A stretch of 49,227 bases of DNA from the NCBI GenBank assembly GCA_964347145.1, contig CAYFXU010000002.1, positions 1 to 49,227 on the forward strand, read 5' to 3'. This DNA comes from an uncultured Candidatus Bathyarchaeia archaeon. Its GTDB lineage: Archaea; Thermoproteota; Bathyarchaeia; Bathyarchaeales; Bathyarchaeaceae. Below the pieces are notes generated by a model. The model did no database searches and was not told the DNA's origin. It was given only the letters and a program-made list of their open reading frames with translations. A program made the position numbers and the translations under genes. Below, one piece after another: positions 44,466 to 49,227 of this stretch (positions within the stretch are counted from its first letter, which is position 1; every line of letters begins with the position of its first letter).

Positions 44466-45758
44466 TCACCTCATGACAATCTCTGCGGCCCGCTCGGCTG
44501 CCCCACTCGCTTGGGCTACAGACTCGGGTATGTCCGTTGGTTCTCTGCAGCACCCGCACACGAATATTCCTGGTTTAGTTGAGTCCAACGGGTTTAAATG
44601 ATCAGTTTTGAAGAAGTTGTATTCATCAAGCTCGGTTCCCAGAGCCTTTGCTAACTCCTCCACACCTCTTCTCGGCATCAGACTGGTTGCCAAAACCGCC
44701 AAGTCCACAGGCATTTTCTTTGTTTCTGAGGTTTGAATCTCTTCATACCAAACTATAGGATTCTCATTTCGATCTTCGGTTATCTTGGCAACCCGACCTC
44801 TAACGTAAGATATATTGTATTCCTGCTCTCCTCTCGCTACGTATTTTTGGAAACCCTTCCCCGCCGCCCGAAGGTCCATGTAGAATACGTAGGACGTCAC
44901 GTTTGGGTCGTGTTCATAGGCGAGCATGGCCTCTTTAGTTGCGTGCATGCAACAGACGGATGAACAGTAACGGTTGTTTCTAAGGTCTCTAGACCCAACG
45001 CACTGTATGAAAGCAATGTTTTCCGCGGGCTTTTTGTCTGAGGGTCTCGTGAGGTGTCCTCCAGTGGGCCCTGAAGCACATATCAGTCTCTCGTACTCTA
45101 GCGACGTGATCACGTTTCGGTACCTTTTGTAGCCATATTGAAGAATCCCGGAAGGATCGAAGGGGTCAAAACCTGTGGCGACGATGATGGCGCCAACGTG
45201 CAATGTTACATCCGTGTCTTCCTGCTCAAAGTCGATAGCCTTTCTGGTGCAAAATCTCTCACATATTCTGCACACACCCCTCGTTAGGAAAAGGCAGTTT
45301 TCCCTGTCAATGGTCATGGCTGCTGGAACTCCTTGAAGGTAGTATGGGTATATGGCTTCCCTCCTTCTCAGTCCCATGTCAAATTCGTCAGGCACCTTTA
45401 CGGGGCACTTTGCGGCGCATTCTCCACAGTTGACACATTCGCTTTCCTTTACGAATCTGGCATACTTGCGTAACTTCACCGAGAAATCTCCAATCCGGCC
45501 CATAACGTTCTTGACCTCCGATAGGGTGTGGAGGGTTATGTTGGAGTGTCTGAAGCAATCGGCTAGTTTGGGAGATAGTATACATATGGAGCAGTCGTTT
45601 GTTGGGAAGGTCTTGTCAAGTTGAGCCATCCTTCCACCTATGGCTGGCTTCCTCTCAACCAAGTGCACCTTGATCCCCATATCTCCGAGGTCCAGAGCTG
45701 CTTGGATGCCGGCTATTCCACCACCAATAACGAGGACTGGCCTAGGCTTTTCCTCCAA
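44466..45758 (-). CDS. hdrA: HdrA/QmoA-like flavoprotein, module A (FAD domain with inserted ferredoxin-like domain)
   Basis: 430 aa with VLVIGGGIAGIQAALDLGDMG, DKTFPTNDCSIC, CVNCGECAAKCP and CSSVCCMHATKEA. It is colinear with residues 1-450 of the 1016-aa paralog. TTG start, with GGAGGAAAGG upstream. Confidence 0.88.
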   Translation of the reverse strand: MEEKPRPVLVIGGGIAGIQAALDLGDMGIKVHLVERKPAIGGRMAQLDKTFPTNDCSICILSPKLADCFRHSNITLHTLSEVKNVMGRIGDFSVKLRKYARFVKESECVNCGECAAKCPVKVPDEFDMGLRRREAIYPYYLQGVPAAMTIDRENCLFLTRGVCRICERFCTRKAIDFEQEDTDVTLHVGAIIVATGFDPFDPSGILQYGYKRYRNVITSLEYERLICASGPTGGHLTRPSDKKPAENIAFIQCVGSRDLRNNRYCSSVCCMHATKEAMLAYEHDPNVTSYVFYMDLRAAGKGFQKYVARGEQEYNISYVRGRVAKITEDRNENPIVWYEEIQTSETKKMPVDLAVLATSLMPRRGVEELAKALGTELDEYNFFKTDHLNPLDSTKPGIFVCGCCREPTDIPESVAQASGAAERAAEIVMR

Positions 45759-46887
45759 GGTCCTTTCCTCCAGCCAATTCAGAGAGTCTCTCCTCGGCTC
45801 TCATTCTCTTCCTTCTGGCGAAGGAGACAAGTTTAGCCATCATTTTCGTCTTTTCTATCCTGCTCTCCTCCGCATTTTCGAAGGTTCTTTCTTGGATGTA
45901 GCCCTCACGGAGGGCTTTGTCGTAAACCGACGCACCTAATTTTGACCTTATCAGGGTTGTGGTGAATCCATCAGGTGAACCAAGTCCTCCAACAGAAATG
46001 TCTGCATATTCGTTGTTGAAGTCTTTACAAGTGAAGCATGCTGGACGGGCAACTTCGTGTACCTCTTCCAATGGGACATGGATTGTCACGCCCTTTGTGA
46101 GGGAGATTACGAAATCGTCCTTGATGTTTAGCTTGACAATCTTCTCCAAGTTTAAGTCAAGTTTTTTTTCCAACATTTCTCTCGCTACGTCATCAAAGGA
46201 GAAGTTTTCTATGCAGAATAATCCTATTGTATACCTTATGAGGTGGGCCGGGATAATGCCAAGGCACTGCATCTTTCGAATCGCGTTGATTTGGCATGGA
46301 GTTCCAACCACCGCTATGTCATGCAGGTACCCTTTCTCCAAGCTTTTTACCGTGGACAGGATCGGAGTATAGGTAGTGTATTTTCCCCCCAGTTCTTCTA
46401 GGTGAAGGGATCCTGAGAACGTGGAGCCCGCCGCTTCGATGAGTTCCTTAGGTGTTCTAGCAACTATCGCCTTTCTTGCGAAGCGTCCGACCTTCTTTGA
46501 GACGATTGCACCATTTATCAGATTGCGCTCCAATAAATATAAGAGAATGGAGGTTACCACCCCTCCGTCCGTGCAAATCTCCTTCACGTTCTCATTCGTC
46601 GTTTGAGCGGAAGTTATCCTCTGATAGTCTCCTATTGGGGGTTTCCACCCAAACTTCTCTTGGAGTTCTACGTTTAGGGTGTCCGTTTGGGGGCATATGA
46701 GGTAGCATATTCCGCATTTTAGACAGTTATCCTCGTTAATATATCGTGGGACCTCATTCTTGCCCATTTCTAGGGCGTTCAGTTCTCCTGCTGAGCAAAA
46801 GGAGACGCATCCGCCACATTTACCGCATATTCCCTTTTCAATTACTTCTTCGGTTAGGTCTTTGAATGTCTTGATCTCTTCCTCCAT
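45742..46887 (-). CDS. FrhB/FdhB/FpoF-family F420-interacting iron-sulfur flavoprotein with an N-terminal 2x[4Fe-4S] ferredoxin domain
   Basis: 381 aa with CGKCGGCVSFCS and CLKCGICYLICPQ, followed by the FrhB-type core (IAVVGTPCQINAIRKMQ, GLFCIENF, CFTCKDFNNEYADISVGG). Confidence 0.8.
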   Translation of the reverse strand: MEEEIKTFKDLTEEVIEKGICGKCGGCVSFCSAGELNALEMGKNEVPRYINEDNCLKCGICYLICPQTDTLNVELQEKFGWKPPIGDYQRITSAQTTNENVKEICTDGGVVTSILLYLLERNLINGAIVSKKVGRFARKAIVARTPKELIEAAGSTFSGSLHLEELGGKYTTYTPILSTVKSLEKGYLHDIAVVGTPCQINAIRKMQCLGIIPAHLIRYTIGLFCIENFSFDDVAREMLEKKLDLNLEKIVKLNIKDDFVISLTKGVTIHVPLEEVHEVARPACFTCKDFNNEYADISVGGLGSPDGFTTTLIRSKLGASVYDKALREGYIQERTFENAEESRIEKTKMMAKLVSFARRKRMRAEERLSELAGGKDLGGKA

Positions 46888-47031
46888 GAGAACCCAAACC
46901 TTAGAACGTTAGTATAGTTTTGTGGAATTATTTAAGGAATTCTTTCTCAATACTGGAGAATAACAAATATAAAGAGGCGAGGTAACCCTATAGCTTCTCG
47001 TGAAGTGAATATGTCTAGGAGAAATTGACCC

Positions 47032-48381
47032 TTGCCTAGGAAAATAGTAATTGTTGGCGCCAACGCTGCTGGTGTCCATGCAGCCAACGCGGCCCGCAAA
47101 ACCGATCCCAAGGCTGAAATAACCCTTATAGATAAAGAGCCATATCCAGCGTACTCTCGTTGTGGTATACCGTATGTATTGGGGGGCGAGATCCCTACTT
47201 TTGATGACCTTATGGCCTTCCCTCCATCTCACTATAGAATGATGAAGTTTGATCTACGCCTTGAAACCAAGGCTAGATCCATAAACCCAAGTGACAAAAT
47301 TGTTCTGGTTGAAGATAATGAAGGAAACTTTGAAGCGCTAAAATATGATTCATTGATTCTCGCAACTGGGGCTGATCCATTTGTCATACCGATAGAAGGT
47401 CACAACCTTCCAGGGGTGTTTGCGATGAGGACTGTGGATGACGGAAAGGCAATACAAGAGGCAATCAAGACGGCTGAGAACGCTGCTGTTGTAGGCGCAG
47501 GGTTCATTGGCCTAGAAACGGCACATGCCTTCGTAGCAAGTAAAATCAAAACCACAATCATTGAATTGGTGCCATATATTCTTCCTGCATTATTTGATGA
47601 AGATATGGCCGATTACGCACAGAAGAAGATGGAAGAGCATGGCGTCAACGTGGTAGTGGGCAGACGGGTAGACGCAATTCTAGGAAAAGATAAGGTTGAA
47701 GGCGTGAGCGTAGGCGGCGAAGAAATCAAAGCAGATGTTGTTGTTATGGCAGCAGGAATTAGACCTAGAACAGACTTGATAAGAGGACTTGGAGTCGAAC
47801 TGGGCGTCACCAGAGCTATTAGAGTCAACCCAAGAATGGAGACAAGCGTCTCTGACATATTCGCAGCTGGAGACTGTGTGGAGTCTCAAAGCTCGATTAC
47901 AGGGCTACCGTGTCTTTATCAACTTGGAACCAATGCAGTTAGGCAGGGGACGGCCGCTGGAGTCAATGCCGCAGGAGGGTACGCTTCCAATCCTCGCGTG
48001 ATATGCAGTGCAGTTTCAAAGATTTTCGATTTTGAACTTGGTGCAGTTGGTCTCTCAGAATATCAAGCTGCCAAGGTGGGTTTCCGAACAGTCAGTGCAA
48101 GCATCACGGGAAGAACTCGGGCACCATACTTCCCCGGCGGAAAAGAAGTCAGAGTAAAGATTATTGCTGAACCGATTTTGGGAAGAGTTATGGGAGCCCA
48201 ATTGGTCGGTGGAGAAGATGTGGCGCAGAGAATTAACATGCTCTCTGTGGCGATACAAAAGGAAATGACGGCATTGGAGCTCTCAGCGGCAGATACCAGT
48301 TACGCTCCTCCAGTAGCTGAGACCGTTGAACCAGTAGCAACAGCCGCTGAGATCGTCGCAAAGAAGATACGGCGGCGTTAG
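47032..48381 (+). CDS. Pyridine nucleotide-disulfide oxidoreductase of the single-cysteine NADH oxidase / CoA-disulfide reductase / NSR type
   Basis: 449 aa with a TTG start. Motifs are KIVIVGANAAG, a single active-site-position Cys in YSRCGIPY, a second Rossmann AAVVGAGFIGLE, and AAGDC. Confidence 0.85.
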   Translation: MPRKIVIVGANAAGVHAANAARKTDPKAEITLIDKEPYPAYSRCGIPYVLGGEIPTFDDLMAFPPSHYRMMKFDLRLETKARSINPSDKIVLVEDNEGNFEALKYDSLILATGADPFVIPIEGHNLPGVFAMRTVDDGKAIQEAIKTAENAAVVGAGFIGLETAHAFVASKIKTTIIELVPYILPALFDEDMADYAQKKMEEHGVNVVVGRRVDAILGKDKVEGVSVGGEEIKADVVVMAAGIRPRTDLIRGLGVELGVTRAIRVNPRMETSVSDIFAAGDCVESQSSITGLPCLYQLGTNAVRQGTAAGVNAAGGYASNPRVICSAVSKIFDFELGAVGLSEYQAAKVGFRTVSASITGRTRAPYFPGGKEVRVKIIAEPILGRVMGAQLVGGEDVAQRINMLSVAIQKEMTALELSAADTSYAPPVAETVEPVATAAEIVAKKIRRR

Positions 48382-48434
48382 GAAACCTCATTAGGCGCTG
48401 ACATCCAGGCCTATGGCCAATTGCACCTAAGAAG

Positions 48435-48944
48435 ATGTCAGGAACTGCGCGCGAGCGCTCGAAGGTTGAATATATGAAAGTTGACACCTACGACATTCCT
48501 GAAAATTATTATTACCTCAAAGAACACGAGTGGGTCTTAATAGAAAACACTGACACCGCGAGAGTTGGCATCACGGATTACGCTCAGAAAGCGCTGAGGG
48601 AGATTACATACTTTTACGTCGGGAAGAGGGGTGCCAAAGTCAAACGGATGGAGACAATTTGCAGAATAGAATCCGTAAAATGTGTCGCCGAGATATTAAG
48701 TCCGCTTTCGGGGGTGGTTCTCAGATTTAATAACGCATTAGCTGACACTCCGGGCATTATAAATCAAGACCCTTATGGCAAAGGATGGATAACAATTATC
48801 CGCCCCGCAAACCTTGACAAGGAACTAGAAAAACTGTTAGAAACAGAACTTTACGCGGAGCATATTAGGCAGCTTACCAGAATCGACGAAACTCTATTGA
48901 TTCATAGATGGAAAAAGGGGATAGGAGAAAAAACGGGCGAATAA
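48435..48944 (+). CDS. Divergent GcvH-family lipoyl-carrier paralog (LbpA-like candidate)
   Basis: 169 aa, or 156 aa from the ATG at 48474. It retains HEWV, the lipoyl-lysine context RIESVKCVAEILSPLSGVV and QDPYGKGW. It lacks the canonical LGD.VFV.LP.VG, reading ALREITYFYVGKRG instead. It carries a ~40-aa C-terminal extension. Confidence 0.8.
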   Translation: MSGTARERSKVEYMKVDTYDIPENYYYLKEHEWVLIENTDTARVGITDYAQKALREITYFYVGKRGAKVKRMETICRIESVKCVAEILSPLSGVVLRFNNALADTPGIINQDPYGKGWITIIRPANLDKELEKLLETELYAEHIRQLTRIDETLLIHRWKKGIGEKTGE

Positions 48945-48952
48945 CAAATGTC

Positions 48953-49227
48953 CTAAATTTGGACGCCAACTCTCTTCAACAAATCAGACGTCCTCACACG
49001 GTTCATGTCTAGCCCCAGCCCTTTTGGGTCTATTCCGAGAGCCAACCCAAGGATTTGGGTGTAAAAGAGAACGGGCAGGTTATATGCAACGTTGAATCTT
49101 CTCTCTATCACCCTCTGATTTCTGTCGTACATGGAGCCACACAAGGGGCACATCAGAACCATCGCGTCGGCACCCCCAGCTTTAACGTGGTCAAGCTTCT
49201 TCTGAGCCAATGCTAAGGCGATTTTAT
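48953..49227 (-). CDS. hdrB: Heterodisulfide reductase subunit B-like protein, C-terminal CCG-domain part; gene runs off the right edge
   Basis: The reading frame stays open to the window end (..KIALALAQKKLDHVKAGGADAMVLMCPLCGSMYDRNQ...NLPVLFYTQILGLALGIDPKGLGLDMNRV). The AGAD...CP.C...Q...PV.....Q.LGLALG pattern is typical of the HdrB C-terminus. Other CCG-domain proteins (GlcF, SdhE/TfrB) are not excluded. Confidence 0.7.
   Translation of the reverse strand, partial: KIALALAQKKLDHVKAGGADAMVLMCPLCGSMYDRNQRVIERRFNVAYNLPVLFYTQILGLALGIDPKGLGLDMNRVRTSDLLKRVGVQI

Noticed and set aside
38496-45758. Reading the cluster as a methanogen MvhADG-HdrABC, or as the QmoABC complex of sulfate reducers
   Set aside because: The window has no mvhA/mvhG hydrogenase subunits, no mcr or CoM/CoB genes, and no membrane QmoC or aprAB/sat/dsr genes. 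The HdrA-like proteins have a non-canonical double-module architecture. Only family-level calls are justified.
1-49227. CRISPR arrays, tRNA/rRNA genes, transposases, integrases, prophage or defence-island signatures
   Set aside because: I scanned every intergenic gap over 100 bp by eye. I found no regularly spaced direct repeats, no cloverleaf-compatible sequence (no GTTCGAATC-type T-arm with a matching acceptor stem), and no ORF with transposase, integrase or nuclease-NTPase defence motifs. Absence by eye is not proof.

Overview
This is an archaeal chromosomal window. It carries archaeal EF-1alpha, uS7/uS12, an RNase J-type beta-CASP nuclease and TrmI. Many genes are preceded by GGAGG/GGTGA Shine-Dalgarno-like sequences. 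TATA-like boxes and oligo-T tracts sit in the intergenic DNA. I call 45 protein-coding genes, two of them cut by the window edges. I found no rRNA or tRNA gene, no CRISPR array and no transposase or integrase. From 1 to about 23.7 kb the genes are housekeeping and transport: trmI, RNase J, a kinase fusion, the ADP-forming acetyl-CoA synthetase alpha subunit, two convergent ABC exporters, an MtaD-type deaminase, 3-hydroxyacyl-CoA dehydrogenase, the S12-S7-EF1alpha cluster, an SPFH protein and a split UxaA/SuyAB-type dehydratase. From 23.7 to 35.3 kb there are two ion pumps (H+-PPase, P2-type ATPase) mixed with a lipoylation toolkit: lplA, two radical-SAM genes that I infer to be a LipS1/LipS2-like pair, and gcvH. 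From 35.7 to 46.9 kb lies a tightly overlap-coupled nine-gene minus-strand operon. It encodes an FrhB-like protein, a split HdrA-like pair with an MvhD-wHTH fusion, a fused 1016-aa HdrA-like protein with its own MvhD, and a FlxC/FlxB/FlxA-like NAD(P)H module. From 47.0 kb to the edge there is a CoADR/Nox-type flavoprotein disulfide reductase, a divergent second GcvH paralog and the 3' end of hdrB. The most interesting hypothesis is that a lipoate-binding (GcvH-like) protein is physically linked to an anaerobe-type Flx/FrhB/MvhD/HdrA electron-bifurcation cluster and to HdrB. That would make protein-bound lipoamide a candidate dithiol/disulfide substrate. All functional calls come from motifs read in the translations. 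No database search was possible.
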